IMG/VR virus record: IMGVR_UViG_3300031857_000057
Location: 1 to 64,000 of that record
Direction: 5' to 3' (one strand)
Source of the DNA: a virus
Length of the DNA stretch: 64,000 nt
A model generated the notes under the pieces. It did no database searches. It saw only the letters and a list, made by a program, of their open reading frames with translations, and had not been told where the DNA came from. Position numbers and translations under genes: made by a program. The stretch's first letter is position 1, and each line of letters starts with the position of its first letter. This document shows positions 28,082 through 39,077 of the stretch, in pieces.

Positions 28082-31000
28082 TTGGCTGATGTAAATGCCG
28101 AAATTGGCGTAAATATAGATACGTCTAGTGCATTAGCACAGCTAAAATCGCTTCAAAGAGAAATAGCAAGGTTTCATTCATCTGTAGCAAGAAGTACAGA
28201 TGCAGCTGCACTTGCACAACGTGATCTGCAGAAGAACTTTATAAATGGCGTAAATGCTATTCAAGGGTTCTCTGCAGAATTACGTACAGTTAGAACTACA
28301 GCAGAAAACTTTTCAGATTCTTTAGAACGCAACAAGTTTTCAATGCGGGAATACTTTAGATATTCTGCAGCTTCAACTAAAACATTTGGTAGATTTTTTC
28401 GTTCTGAGTTAGATACAGTAAATAAGGTAGCTTTAGAAAATGTAAAGAGGCTACAAACTCAATATATTAAGATGGGCCGTGATGCAAACGGTGCAATGAA
28501 AGCTATTGCAGTCATGCCCACAAAGCTTGATTTAAGCAATGTTTCAACTCAGCTACAAATAGCAGCACAAAAACAAGCTTTATTTAATCAGCTTGTAAAA
28601 CAAGGATCTACAAATCTTCTCAACTTTGGTAAAAATACACAGTGGGCTGGTCGTCAGCTCATGGTTGGTTTTACTCTTCCATTAATTGGGTTAGGAACTG
28701 CGGCGACAAAAGCTTTTATGGATATGGAAACTGCTGCTATAAAATTTAAAAAAGTTTATGGAGATTTATTTACAGCACCAGAAGAAACACAATTTGCGCT
28801 TGAATCTATTCAGGCACTTGGAAAAGAATTTACTAAGTATGGTATTGCTGTATCTAATACTGTTGCATTAGCTGCAGAAGCAGCAGCAGCTGGTTTTTCT
28901 GGATCTGATTTACAAGCACAGGTAGCGCAAGCAACAAGACTTCAAGTACTTGGTCAGGTTGATCAACAAAAAGCACTTGAAACAACAATATCGTTACAAA
29001 ATGCTTTTAGGATTTCTTCTGTAGACTTAGCTGATGCAATTAACTTCCTTAACGCAGTTGAAAACCAAACTGTTGTATCGCTTGAAGATATTACTACTGC
29101 TATTCCAAAAGCAGCACCAATCGTAAGAGAGCTTGGCGGAGATATTAAAGACTTAGCATTCTTTATGGCCGCCATGAAAGAAGGCGGTATTAATGCATCA
29201 GAAGGTGCAAACGCATTAAAGTCTGGTCTTGCATCACTTATTAATCCTTCAGATAAGGCAAGAGGAATGCTCAATGATATGGGCATTGATATTGATAATA
29301 TTGTAGAAAGTAATGTTGGAAATCTAAAAGCTACTGTAGTAGAGTTTGCAGAGGCATTAGATGATCTTTCTGATTTACAAAGACAAAGGGCTATTGAACA
29401 ACTATTTGGTAAGTTCCAGCAAGCTCGTCTCTCTGCATTATTTGATAACGTAATTCGTGATGGTAATCAAGCAGCTCGTGTTCTTGATTTAGCAACAGCT
29501 TCTATGGAAGATTTGGCGGCATTGGCAGAAAAAGAATTAGGTCTTACTGCAGATAGCGCAATGAATAAGTTCCGTGCTTCTATAGAAAGCCTTAAAGTTT
29601 CTTTAGTACCAATAGGTCAAACATTTTTAGAAGTTATTACTCCACTACTTGATAAGCTTAATGGTTTATTAGAATGGTTTAATGGTTTATCTGATACAAG
29701 CAAAAAAGTAATTACAAAAGTCATATTTTATATAGGTGGACTTGGCCCAGTATTACTAATGACTATTGGTTTGATGGCTAACTTTATTGCCAATGGTATT
29801 AAAGGTTTAATGCTTTTAAGAAATGGATTTTTAAGATTAACTGGACAATCTAAAGTTTTAGGTGAGCAAACAAACTTTTTAAGTGTAGAACAGCAAAATG
29901 CAGTAGCAGCAGCAGCATCTCTTGAACAATCACACATGAAGCTTCAACAGGCATTTACTGGAGAAGCGGCTGCAGTAAGAAGCCTTATAGCAGAGTATCA
30001 AAGAATGGTTACTGCACAAAATGCAGCAGCTACAAGATTCCCTGGAATGATGAGTCCAGGATTTAAAGTTAAAGGATATGAAAAGGGTGTTGTTTCGGTT
30101 CCAGGACCTAAGGGAGCAGGAGATATTGTTCCATCAATGCTGTCTCCTGGAGAAGCGGTAATTCCTGCAAAAATGGCTCAAAAGTATGCACCTTTAATTA
30201 ATGCAATGATATCTGGAAATATTCCAGGATTTAAAAATGGCTTACCAAGTATTTACGGAGGACAAGAAAGATTGCTCGGTCCCTACACAATGCTTGCACC
30301 AGGTAATACGCCTGGAGGCTTTGGACTTAGTAAAGAATTTTTAGATACAGCTGGATTTGCAGAATCTCTTAGAAATACTGCAGCTGTTGCAGGATCTATT
30401 GAATCAAATATGAGGCTTACTGATAAAACAATACTTTCAATGATTCAGCAAGCAGCTCCATATACTGATGAAATTACAGACCAGCTAAGAATTGCATCAC
30501 GAGAAATGGCTGAATCTGGTCAACAAGCAAAACATATTAGTGAATTGTTTGCAAGAAAAAGACAAGAGATATCTTTAATATTAGATAGGTTGTCAGCTAC
30601 AGGAGCTTCAGGAGCTGGTATTGCATCTGGTATGAGAAAGTTTGCCTACGCCACTAATGCAGATATTATGAGTGGGGGCAACGTAAGAGTTCCAGGAGTA
30701 ACGATTGATCCAAATACTGGAGAAGTAGTTAGAAGCACACACTATAGTATAAGAAGTGGAAAAGCTTCAAGATTCCAGGTAGGAGTTCAAAGGGCTAACC
30801 GATTAGCTCCAATATCATCTACAGAAAAATTAACAAGAGCTCATGTTCTACCAGAATCAAGAGTTCTTGCTGGTGGAATAAGACGACTCGGTGGAGCTGG
30901 TATGGCCCTTCCACCACAAATGCGTACTGCTGCAGAAGCAGAGATACAACGTAGAAGTGCATTAATAGGAGAAAAAATTGCTCTTTCTGCAGTAGCAGCA

Positions 31001-33973
31001 GCTGCAACAGGTGCAGGAACTGCATCTCCATCAAGGAAAACTATTCCAATTGGAGAAGATATTGCTCGTGGTCTTCAGGTTGGAATGATGAACCAAATAG
31101 ATGAGACTAGGGCAGTGGCTGACAGATTATCAAAAACTGCATCCACAATGAAAAGCCCAACAACTGGAAAACCAATAACACAACGAGATATTGCAACAAA
31201 TAAAAAATTAACTGGTCCTCAAATTGGAAAGATGGCAAGTCCTCTTATTTTGCCTGGAGTTCAGCCTTTGCCAGGTGGAAAAATAATACTTCCTGGACAA
31301 GAATCAAAAACATCAAGTGGCTTAATACTTCCTGGACAGCAACAAAAATCATCTAGTGGACTTATACTTCCAGGACAAACTGGAACTCAAAAAGGACTTA
31401 TTATTCCAGGGACACCAAGAACAATTCCTGGACCAAATGTTCCATTAATAATTCCAAGTCAAAGAAGGACTGGCGCAGCGCCTGGAGGATTAATTGATCC
31501 AAGAACTGGTACTTACTTTCCCAAAACAGTTCCTGATTCACAAGCCCCTGGTAAAGTATTAAAAGATACTCAAGAAGGACAGAAACAAAAAACAAAAAGA
31601 TTTGCAAAGGCTCGTGGTGCAGTAGGTAAAAGAGTTACATCAATGCGTGGCAATGCAATGGGTGCTGGTATGGGAGTATCTGCATTAGTATTTGCATTAT
31701 CTATGCTTCCTGGAAAAATTGGTCAACTTGCTAATGCCATCATGCCTGCTGTATTTGCGTTACAGGCATTTGCAATGCTTGCTGGAGCAATAGGTGGCAT
31801 TGGCGCTGCAGTAGTAGCGCTTGGTGTAGGCTTATTTATGTTAAATCAATCAGCTAAAAAATCTGCTGATGAACTTAAAAAGGCTGCAGATTTAGAAGTA
31901 CAAGCTCGTGTAGGTAGTGCAAAATCTATACAAGAGTACGCAGAGTTTACTGGAAGAGCACTTCCTAGTGCAAGAGAATTTAGTAGAAATAATCGTCAAC
32001 TTATATCTGCAAGTGGTCAAGCAGTAGAAAGATTTGCAGATTTTTATAAGCAAGAAGGCAATACATCTACAGCAATAATAAACGAAGCTGCAGTAAGAGG
32101 AACAGATGTTGGAATGCAGGCAGCGGCTATGGATGTTGCACAAAGAGCAGCTATTTTTGGTTTATCTCCACAAGATATTGCAGCAAATATTAAAGCTGCT
32201 TCAGATCTTATTGGTGCAGATCAAGTAGAGTTGAGAGCAAAGGTACAACAGATTCTTGCTCCAAATGGAGAGGATATTACAAAAGAGCCTCTAACGGTAG
32301 AAGCAAGAATGAACTTCTTACAGGAAAGCTCAAAACAAAATATACAAGCAATTCAAAAAGATATTTTAGAACTATCTAAGATTAAGCTTCCAAAATTAAA
32401 TATAAATCCACTTTCTGGAGATATGGCAGTAGGAGGGGTTGGATTATTTAGAAGAGCTATAGATACTGGTAAGAGAATGTCTAGAGGAGAAAGTTTCTCC
32501 GATGCGATGACCACCATGACATTCCAAGAATTAAAACAAGCAGCTGGATATCAACAAGGAATTAATGAATCGTATTCTGGTGGTTTTGGCAGTGAGGTAA
32601 TGGGTGCACTTAAACAAGGTGCAAGAAATATTATGGGGTATGGTTATGAAATTGACACACTTAAGGCATACAAAGATATTCAAGGGTCTGTTTCATCTGC
32701 AACAATGCAATTGTCTATAGCATTTACACAACAAAAAGAATCTTTGGCACTTCTTAATCAACAGTATGCCGATGGATTAATTACTAGGGAACAGTATGAC
32801 GCTGGCCTTGCAACCTCACTGTCAAATTTTGATTTGTTGACAGAAAGTAGCAAGAGTCTTATTAATGAATTAAATAAGATTGATCCAGAAGGTACATTAG
32901 CTGCAGATGCCCTTAAGGGTATGGGAGAAGAGGCATTTTCTGCTTTAAAGAAAACTAATCCAGAGCTATTTAAGAGAATAACAAAATCTATGAAAGAGCT
33001 TGATGGTGCAGCTCAAATTGATATTATGATGGGGTATGCAAAAGGAAGTTTAACAATTCTTGATGTTGCTAGAATTCCAGAAGTACTAAAAGCCATAGAT
33101 GGAATGACTGCCGATGCAGCAATTAACTTTATATTAAACTCAGATTTAAGTCAAGGGGCTAAAGGTAATATGACTGCTGGCCAAGCTCAAGCAGAACTAG
33201 ATAGAATAAATAAAGAACTAGAAGGCGCAGCTTATTATGGTGGTGAAAGAGGAGCATTATTACGAAGAAAAGGAGAAATGGAACTTGCTTTAGCAAATGC
33301 AAAAAAAATGGAAAAGGATGCTCTTGGAGTTAACCAAACAGGACCTCTTGATACAGATACTGGTAAAGGTGCTAATAAGGCTGCATCTGGTATTGATAAT
33401 CTTACAAAGGCTTATGATAAAGAATTAGAAAGATTAAAGAAAAAAAGAGATGCACTTAAGGAAGTTAATGATGAATTAAATCGTCAAAACCAATATCAAA
33501 TGAAACAAATGGATCTTCTTAATCAGGCTGCAAAAGCGAAAATGACAGGTGATTACTTAGCTGCTGCCGCATTACAGCAGGAATCAATGATGGAGGGTGC
33601 TAAATTTGCCAGTGAGAGCAAAGTTATTCAAATGGACAAATTGATAGGTGCTGTTGAAGATAGAAAAGCAAAAATAGAAGATTCTAAAACAATAACTACT
33701 GCAGATAAAAAGTTTTTAGGAAAAATAAAATCTGGAAATTATCAGAGTATTGCTCCTATGCCAACAACGCCAGCAGTTGGTTTTGCAGCCAAGGGTATTG
33801 CTCAGGAAACTGCTACAACACAAATGGCAGGCGGAGCAGTGTATAATGTAACAATGAATGTTTCAGGTGGAAATCCAGAAGAAATCGCAACCAAGGTGAT
33901 TGCTAAGATTAAAACAATTAGTAGCAAAAATAATAAGAGTAATGGCGTAACGTCGTTAGGAACACCACGATAA
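28082..33973 (+). CDS. Tape measure protein
   Basis: 1963 aa, Ala-rich helical; TP901-type core (A..EGGI.ASEGANALKS); hydrophobic segments; position after the chaperones. Confidence 0.93.
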   Translation: MADVNAEIGVNIDTSSALAQLKSLQREIARFHSSVARSTDAAALAQRDLQKNFINGVNAIQGFSAELRTVRTTAENFSDSLERNKFSMREYFRYSAASTKTFGRFFRSELDTVNKVALENVKRLQTQYIKMGRDANGAMKAIAVMPTKLDLSNVSTQLQIAAQKQALFNQLVKQGSTNLLNFGKNTQWAGRQLMVGFTLPLIGLGTAATKAFMDMETAAIKFKKVYGDLFTAPEETQFALESIQALGKEFTKYGIAVSNTVALAAEAAAAGFSGSDLQAQVAQATRLQVLGQVDQQKALETTISLQNAFRISSVDLADAINFLNAVENQTVVSLEDITTAIPKAAPIVRELGGDIKDLAFFMAAMKEGGINASEGANALKSGLASLINPSDKARGMLNDMGIDIDNIVESNVGNLKATVVEFAEALDDLSDLQRQRAIEQLFGKFQQARLSALFDNVIRDGNQAARVLDLATASMEDLAALAEKELGLTADSAMNKFRASIESLKVSLVPIGQTFLEVITPLLDKLNGLLEWFNGLSDTSKKVITKVIFYIGGLGPVLLMTIGLMANFIANGIKGLMLLRNGFLRLTGQSKVLGEQTNFLSVEQQNAVAAAASLEQSHMKLQQAFTGEAAAVRSLIAEYQRMVTAQNAAATRFPGMMSPGFKVKGYEKGVVSVPGPKGAGDIVPSMLSPGEAVIPAKMAQKYAPLINAMISGNIPGFKNGLPSIYGGQERLLGPYTMLAPGNTPGGFGLSKEFLDTAGFAESLRNTAAVAGSIESNMRLTDKTILSMIQQAAPYTDEITDQLRIASREMAESGQQAKHISELFARKRQEISLILDRLSATGASGAGIASGMRKFAYATNADIMSGGNVRVPGVTIDPNTGEVVRSTHYSIRSGKASRFQVGVQRANRLAPISSTEKLTRAHVLPESRVLAGGIRRLGGAGMALPPQMRTAAEAEIQRRSALIGEKIALSAVAAAATGAGTASPSRKTIPIGEDIARGLQVGMMNQIDETRAVADRLSKTASTMKSPTTGKPITQRDIATNKKLTGPQIGKMASPLILPGVQPLPGGKIILPGQESKTSSGLILPGQQQKSSSGLILPGQTGTQKGLIIPGTPRTIPGPNVPLIIPSQRRTGAAPGGLIDPRTGTYFPKTVPDSQAPGKVLKDTQEGQKQKTKRFAKARGAVGKRVTSMRGNAMGAGMGVSALVFALSMLPGKIGQLANAIMPAVFALQAFAMLAGAIGGIGAAVVALGVGLFMLNQSAKKSADELKKAADLEVQARVGSAKSIQEYAEFTGRALPSAREFSRNNRQLISASGQAVERFADFYKQEGNTSTAIINEAAVRGTDVGMQAAAMDVAQRAAIFGLSPQDIAANIKAASDLIGADQVELRAKVQQILAPNGEDITKEPLTVEARMNFLQESSKQNIQAIQKDILELSKIKLPKLNINPLSGDMAVGGVGLFRRAIDTGKRMSRGESFSDAMTTMTFQELKQAAGYQQGINESYSGGFGSEVMGALKQGARNIMGYGYEIDTLKAYKDIQGSVSSATMQLSIAFTQQKESLALLNQQYADGLITREQYDAGLATSLSNFDLLTESSKSLINELNKIDPEGTLAADALKGMGEEAFSALKKTNPELFKRITKSMKELDGAAQIDIMMGYAKGSLTILDVARIPEVLKAIDGMTADAAINFILNSDLSQGAKGNMTAGQAQAELDRINKELEGAAYYGGERGALLRRKGEMELALANAKKMEKDALGVNQTGPLDTDTGKGANKAASGIDNLTKAYDKELERLKKKRDALKEVNDELNRQNQYQMKQMDLLNQAAKAKMTGDYLAAAALQQESMMEGAKFASESKVIQMDKLIGAVEDRKAKIEDSKTITTADKKFLGKIKSGNYQSIAPMPTTPAVGFAAKGIAQETATTQMAGGAVYNVTMNVSGGNPEEIATKVIAKIKTISSKNNKSNGVTSLGTPR
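31241..31510 (+). repeat. (G/K/P)-(L/I)-I-(L/I)-P-G peptide repeats inside the TMP
   Basis: LILPG, IILPG, LILPG, LILPG, LIIPG plus degenerate LIIPS and GLIDP. The DNA unit ATACTTCC(T/A)GGACA recurs three times. Confidence 0.85.
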
Positions 33974-34902
33974 TGGCATTTTTATTAAATTCTGGAATTG
34001 CTGTATCTCTTAATAATACTCCAACAACTGCAACATATGCGTCTGGCGGAGCTGGAGCAGCAACCACTGTTGTTATATCTGCAGCAAACTCTAATATAAA
34101 AATTGGTCAAAAAATTGCTGGAACTGGACTAGCCGCAAATTCAGTAGTTACTAATATTGCAGGAACAACAATAACATTTTCTCCAGCAGCAACATCGCAG
34201 ATATCTGGAACACTTACATTTAGTACGAACTGGTATCATTTAACTGATCATAATAGAAATGAAATTAATATTAATCCCATAGTTATTGAAAAAGAATCAC
34301 GAATGGCAAATGGAACTTTAAGAAAGTTTGTTGTTAGTAAAAAAGATATTGTTTCAGTATCCTGGGATCTTGTTCCAACATCACATACAAACCATACGGC
34401 ACAAATACAGTCAGGAACTGTTGTTGGAAATACTATTGTTTTTGTAACCTCTGCAGCTCATAATTTTACAACATCTTCATCAATCGTTGTTTCTGGCTTA
34501 TCTCCAAGTCCATTTAATATATCTGGTGTAACACCATCTAGCGTAACATCAACAACGTTTATAGTTCCAAAACCTTCAGCAGCAACAGGGGTATCAACTG
34601 GAACTGGTTTTGCACAAGATGTGACCAAAGTTTCTATAACAACGATAGATGGAAAATATGGTGCGGGATGGATTAATGCATTTTATAATGCAAATCATAA
34701 TATTCCTATCTATGTAAAAGTAACTTCTGCTGATTATACTACTCCATCAAGTGGATCTATGCCATCGGATAGCGCACATACATCGGCATTAACTGGAGAA
34801 AAGATTTATCAAGCCTTTATTACAGGGTTTTCTAAATCAATTAGAAAGAGAACAAGAACGACAGACTATGTAGATATGACTCTAGAGTTTACGGAGATCT
34901 AA
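33973..34902 (+). CDS. Distal tail (Dit-like) protein with two inserted Ser/Thr-rich beta modules
   Basis: Directly after TMP. The core LTDHNR...RMANGTLRK...SW...D..LEFTEI is interrupted by two low-complexity inserts. Confidence 0.6.
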   Translation: MAFLLNSGIAVSLNNTPTTATYASGGAGAATTVVISAANSNIKIGQKIAGTGLAANSVVTNIAGTTITFSPAATSQISGTLTFSTNWYHLTDHNRNEININPIVIEKESRMANGTLRKFVVSKKDIVSVSWDLVPTSHTNHTAQIQSGTVVGNTIVFVTSAAHNFTTSSSIVVSGLSPSPFNISGVTPSSVTSTTFIVPKPSAATGVSTGTGFAQDVTKVSITTIDGKYGAGWINAFYNANHNIPIYVKVTSADYTTPSSGSMPSDSAHTSALTGEKIYQAFITGFSKSIRKRTRTTDYVDMTLEFTEI

Positions 34903-37900
34903 TGCTTAGCACTGTTAGTTCATCAATTTTTACTGATTCTAATTCTATTAAAATGACACCAGTGGTGTCTGCTGAATGGAATCAAAATGTTTTTAATCCA
35001 CCGTATGCAACAGTTGCTGGAGATGGAACCTTAAATACTAATTTAACTACATCTGCAACTCTTGTTAATATTACTGGGGCAGATGCAAAACCAGGGTTTA
35101 CAACAAAAAAATATGTAATGACAGCAGATGAAGATACTGTTACGTATACCGTTACTCCTACATCATCAAGCAGTGCATTTAAAGTTATTACTTATATTAA
35201 AACAAACGAAAACTATCCAATCATTGCAAACATATTGGCAAAAGGATCTTTTAGTCAGTTTGGCTCCTCTAGCGTAGAAATTAATTCTTTTGGATGGACT
35301 AAGGTTGAAACATTTATTGGAGGATCTTCGTCATCAGATACTATATCTAGTTTTACGTATACATTTTCTTTTAATAGATTTAGTACTGACGATGATCTTC
35401 CAGAAGTATTTTTTACAGTTCCAGAAGTATATGCTGTAAGTTATTTTAACTATCAATACAATTCTGTATGGCCAACAGACTCTATTTTTACAAACTTTAG
35501 ACCAGGGGAATCATACGTTAATACTGGAAGCTCAAAGTTTTCTTTTCCAAATAACTTTAGACAGGTAACTAAAAATCTTATTGATGGATATGCCTCAGAT
35601 GTATATATGCCAGTAAGCCCAATTATACAAAATCCTAAAACTGTCAATGTTGCTCCACCAGTTCCGTTTTATAAAAATGGATTACTAAGCGATATGAATC
35701 AGTATAAATATTTTGTTTCAGACACTTCTAATAAATCAATAACAGGTCTATACGACAAGGCTGGCATATACACAAATAAGTTAGTTATTAAATTTAATAC
35801 TTTGATGGCTGTTCCAACAATTAATATATACATTGATGGAACAATCATAAATGTAGATGGATCAACATCAATTAACTTAAATACAAATGCTGGTAAAGAA
35901 AATAACGGTATCAGAGAAGATGCAGGCGTACTGGTATTATATTGGACTGGATCTGCATGGACCAGAACAAGATGGTCCTCTATGCCAACATTTAATTCCT
36001 CTGGCGATATTGATAAAATAACAACACTTAATAAAATTCGTGTTACACAAACATCTAATACTGCAAGATCAGCTTTCTCAGCTTACGAGTCTGAATCTTT
36101 AGATTCTGACATAACAAGAATGCAGATAGTTGAACTATCCCCCAGAATTGAAGTTGACTTATCAGATTATATTTTAAGTTTTTCTGTTAAAAAATCTTTA
36201 GATGCAAAAGATACGTATCTTCCAATTTCATCAATTAACTCTGATGATGCATCAATTGTTTTATCTGGCATACCGCTTGGAACAATATCATCATTAGTGC
36301 CCGTATTTTCTAGTCAAAGCAATAGGGCTAATAATATGCTAAGGGGCATGTTTAAAAAGAATATAAAATTTTACATTAATTATTATTTAGAAGATTACTT
36401 TGACAACTCCACAAGATCGCTGGTATCACCAGATACTTTAATTCCAGGTGGTATATTTTATTCTGATAGCTGGGATGAAACTGATGTAACTGAAGTATCA
36501 ATTCAGGCATTTGACGTGGGTAGATATTTACAATCAACTCAGGTAGCGGATTATGTATCAAGCTTGAGAAGCGTAATAGATGTTATATCAAATATGCTAG
36601 ATCTTTCTGGATTTACCGATTATGATTATAACTCTTTGTATGATGTTTGCAACAATAAAAATGTTCCATTAGACCTTGCATACTTTTATGTAAATTCTCA
36701 AGATACAACAATCATAGATGCTTTAAACCAAATATTTCTTCCATATCAGATTGGTGCATTCATTGATGAGTTTGGAGTCATGAAATTTTTAAATCTTGCA
36801 GATATTGTTGGAAATAAAACAGCAAACATTATTATTAATGAAAGCAATATCGCAGATAGTGGATATTCCGTAACAAACAAAGCTAAACCAGGAAAAATAT
36901 CATTAAGGTATCAATCTCCTAAAATTAAAAATTCCGCATCTTTAAATACACTTGAGATAGATCCAAACTCTCCATCATTTATATATACAACTGGTAATGA
37001 AATTGTTTGGGCACAACAAAACTCAGACTCTGTTGGAATGAACTATTTAAATGAAGATATGAATGATACACAAAGTTATTTTGTTATTGATAAGAATGAT
37101 CCACTTGATATATTCCACACATTTAGTATTAATACAAACGGATATGCATTTATAGAAAATGAAATAGTATCTTTTATGTATAAAGAATTTGAGTTTAGTG
37201 ATGAAGTTAATTCTTCTACAGTGTCGGTAAAAAATGAAATTGAGTTTCAGGGAGAACGCAATCGCTTTACTAAAAAATATTTAGTTGGATTAAAGACAAG
37301 TGATGGAACAGAAAAGTTTGAATATAATGCGCTAACAGATTTCACTGGACGTATTACCAATATCCAACGTGGAATGTTTGGAACTAAGGTCGCTCCACAT
37401 ACAGTTTTAACATCTGCCAATGCTTCTAGTAAAGCAATTACTTGTAAAAATATATCTAATATATATGAAATTGTTGGAGACGGAACATATAGTGCTGCTA
37501 CAGATAATCAATTTAAGGCAACAACAACAAATTCTGGTAAGGTAATATTTTATCCTACAACTGAAAGAAGCACTGTCATTACAGAATCTGGAACAGAATA
37601 TTATAAAACATATTCTACAAAGTTTAACTTTGAAAATAATTTAGAACTAGTATCTGGAGGATTATTCTTTAATGCTGGTGTTGGGCAATCAAATGCCTTT
37701 AATGGTACATTTTTTATAGAACTTGTTAGATATAATACTTTGCAAAAAGATGGGGTAACGTGGAACAATCCACCAGTATATAAATATCTTATTGTTGTAT
37801 ATAATGTAGTTGCTGAGCAAAATAATGTTATTGCATATGCAGATGTTACAACTGAGGCCTTATCAATTATTAATAATTTTGAAAAGGTTTTAGAAAAAGA

Positions 37901-39038
37901 AGTAACGGAGGCTGGAGTATCATATACAGCAGTTTCAGATCCAAGATATTCATCGTTTAACCTAAGAGCTACAACATATAAATCTAATGAGGGTGATGGA
38001 GAGGTTGAAGAAGGCACAACAAATCTATTATCAATATTTTTAAATAACATTGAAATTGGAAACTGGGAAGTTCCAGTTGCTGGTGTTGGAGTTACCTGGA
38101 TCCCAATAGATTTAAATCCAGAAACTGGATTACCTAAAAAGATTAGTTTTGAAACAGATCTATCTTCAGGAAATATTTTTGGTGGATTTATATCAACAGA
38201 CCCAGTATTTATAGACGGTATAACATACCCATCTCAATCTGGAACTGTTGCAGGATCAATTAGAGAAATATACGCAACGCACAAAAGCTTAAAAGAAAGA
38301 AGCGTTAATTATTATTTTCAAGATAGAGAATTTTTAAATGGCATGGTACAAGGACAAAATATATTTTCTAGATCTAAGTCCTACATGATGCAAACTAAAC
38401 CAGAGATAGTTGGAATTAATTCATACGATATTCAATACACAAGCCCTGCTGCGGTTTCTGTAGATGTTTGGCCCATCAAGTATCTATTAAAGTACATACC
38501 TGGAACAGAAATCGTTGACCAACAATATGTTCAAAAAAAGAAAGTTGATGAATATGCTTTGTCATATTCTACTATTATGAATACTGGATTTAGAGCAAAG
38601 TTTGCGATTGCAAACAATTCAACCCATATGGTATATTTGAAGAAAGACCCTACAGAAACTATTCAGGGAACCTCAGTGCTTAATCTTTGGACACAAGAAG
38701 TTATTGCACCATCTGACCCAGAAATTATAGAAAAGGTATTAGATCCAGCAAACATATCTGAAACAATTCAACTAGACTCAAATTGGATTCAGTCAAAAGA
38801 ATCTGCAAATAAACTAGTTAATATGATAGCAAGATCAATTGATATTTTTTCACAAGACATAACTGTAAGCATTTTTGGAAATCCCTTAATTCAGGTTGGA
38901 GATGTTGTTCAACTTAGCTATAATTTAAGCGGTATTAGTGATCAAAAATATCTAGTTCATTCTGTATCTCATAGCTTTGATGGTGGTTTAAACACTACTA
39001 TTGTCTTAAATACTGTTGATAAAGGTGTGAGTGTTTAG
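34902..39038 (+). CDS. Large tail tip/hub protein
   Basis: 1378 aa; FIDEFGVMKF; C-terminal IFGNPLIQVGDVV hub motif. Confidence 0.75.
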   Translation: MLSTVSSSIFTDSNSIKMTPVVSAEWNQNVFNPPYATVAGDGTLNTNLTTSATLVNITGADAKPGFTTKKYVMTADEDTVTYTVTPTSSSSAFKVITYIKTNENYPIIANILAKGSFSQFGSSSVEINSFGWTKVETFIGGSSSSDTISSFTYTFSFNRFSTDDDLPEVFFTVPEVYAVSYFNYQYNSVWPTDSIFTNFRPGESYVNTGSSKFSFPNNFRQVTKNLIDGYASDVYMPVSPIIQNPKTVNVAPPVPFYKNGLLSDMNQYKYFVSDTSNKSITGLYDKAGIYTNKLVIKFNTLMAVPTINIYIDGTIINVDGSTSINLNTNAGKENNGIREDAGVLVLYWTGSAWTRTRWSSMPTFNSSGDIDKITTLNKIRVTQTSNTARSAFSAYESESLDSDITRMQIVELSPRIEVDLSDYILSFSVKKSLDAKDTYLPISSINSDDASIVLSGIPLGTISSLVPVFSSQSNRANNMLRGMFKKNIKFYINYYLEDYFDNSTRSLVSPDTLIPGGIFYSDSWDETDVTEVSIQAFDVGRYLQSTQVADYVSSLRSVIDVISNMLDLSGFTDYDYNSLYDVCNNKNVPLDLAYFYVNSQDTTIIDALNQIFLPYQIGAFIDEFGVMKFLNLADIVGNKTANIIINESNIADSGYSVTNKAKPGKISLRYQSPKIKNSASLNTLEIDPNSPSFIYTTGNEIVWAQQNSDSVGMNYLNEDMNDTQSYFVIDKNDPLDIFHTFSINTNGYAFIENEIVSFMYKEFEFSDEVNSSTVSVKNEIEFQGERNRFTKKYLVGLKTSDGTEKFEYNALTDFTGRITNIQRGMFGTKVAPHTVLTSANASSKAITCKNISNIYEIVGDGTYSAATDNQFKATTTNSGKVIFYPTTERSTVITESGTEYYKTYSTKFNFENNLELVSGGLFFNAGVGQSNAFNGTFFIELVRYNTLQKDGVTWNNPPVYKYLIVVYNVVAEQNNVIAYADVTTEALSIINNFEKVLEKEVTEAGVSYTAVSDPRYSSFNLRATTYKSNEGDGEVEEGTTNLLSIFLNNIEIGNWEVPVAGVGVTWIPIDLNPETGLPKKISFETDLSSGNIFGGFISTDPVFIDGITYPSQSGTVAGSIREIYATHKSLKERSVNYYFQDREFLNGMVQGQNIFSRSKSYMMQTKPEIVGINSYDIQYTSPAAVSVDVWPIKYLLKYIPGTEIVDQQYVQKKKVDEYALSYSTIMNTGFRAKFAIANNSTHMVYLKKDPTETIQGTSVLNLWTQEVIAPSDPEIIEKVLDPANISETIQLDSNWIQSKESANKLVNMIARSIDIFSQDITVSIFGNPLIQVGDVVQLSYNLSGISDQKYLVHSVSHSFDGGLNTTIVLNTVDKGVSV

Positions 39039-39049
39039 GCTTGGCCTAA

Positions 39050-39058
39050 TGATATAAT
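39050..39058 (+). promoter_or_regulatory. Extended -10 promoter TGATATAAT
   Basis: Intergenic, before SD AAGGAG. Confidence 0.65.
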
Positions 39059-39077
39059 TATGTATAAAGGAGAATAA

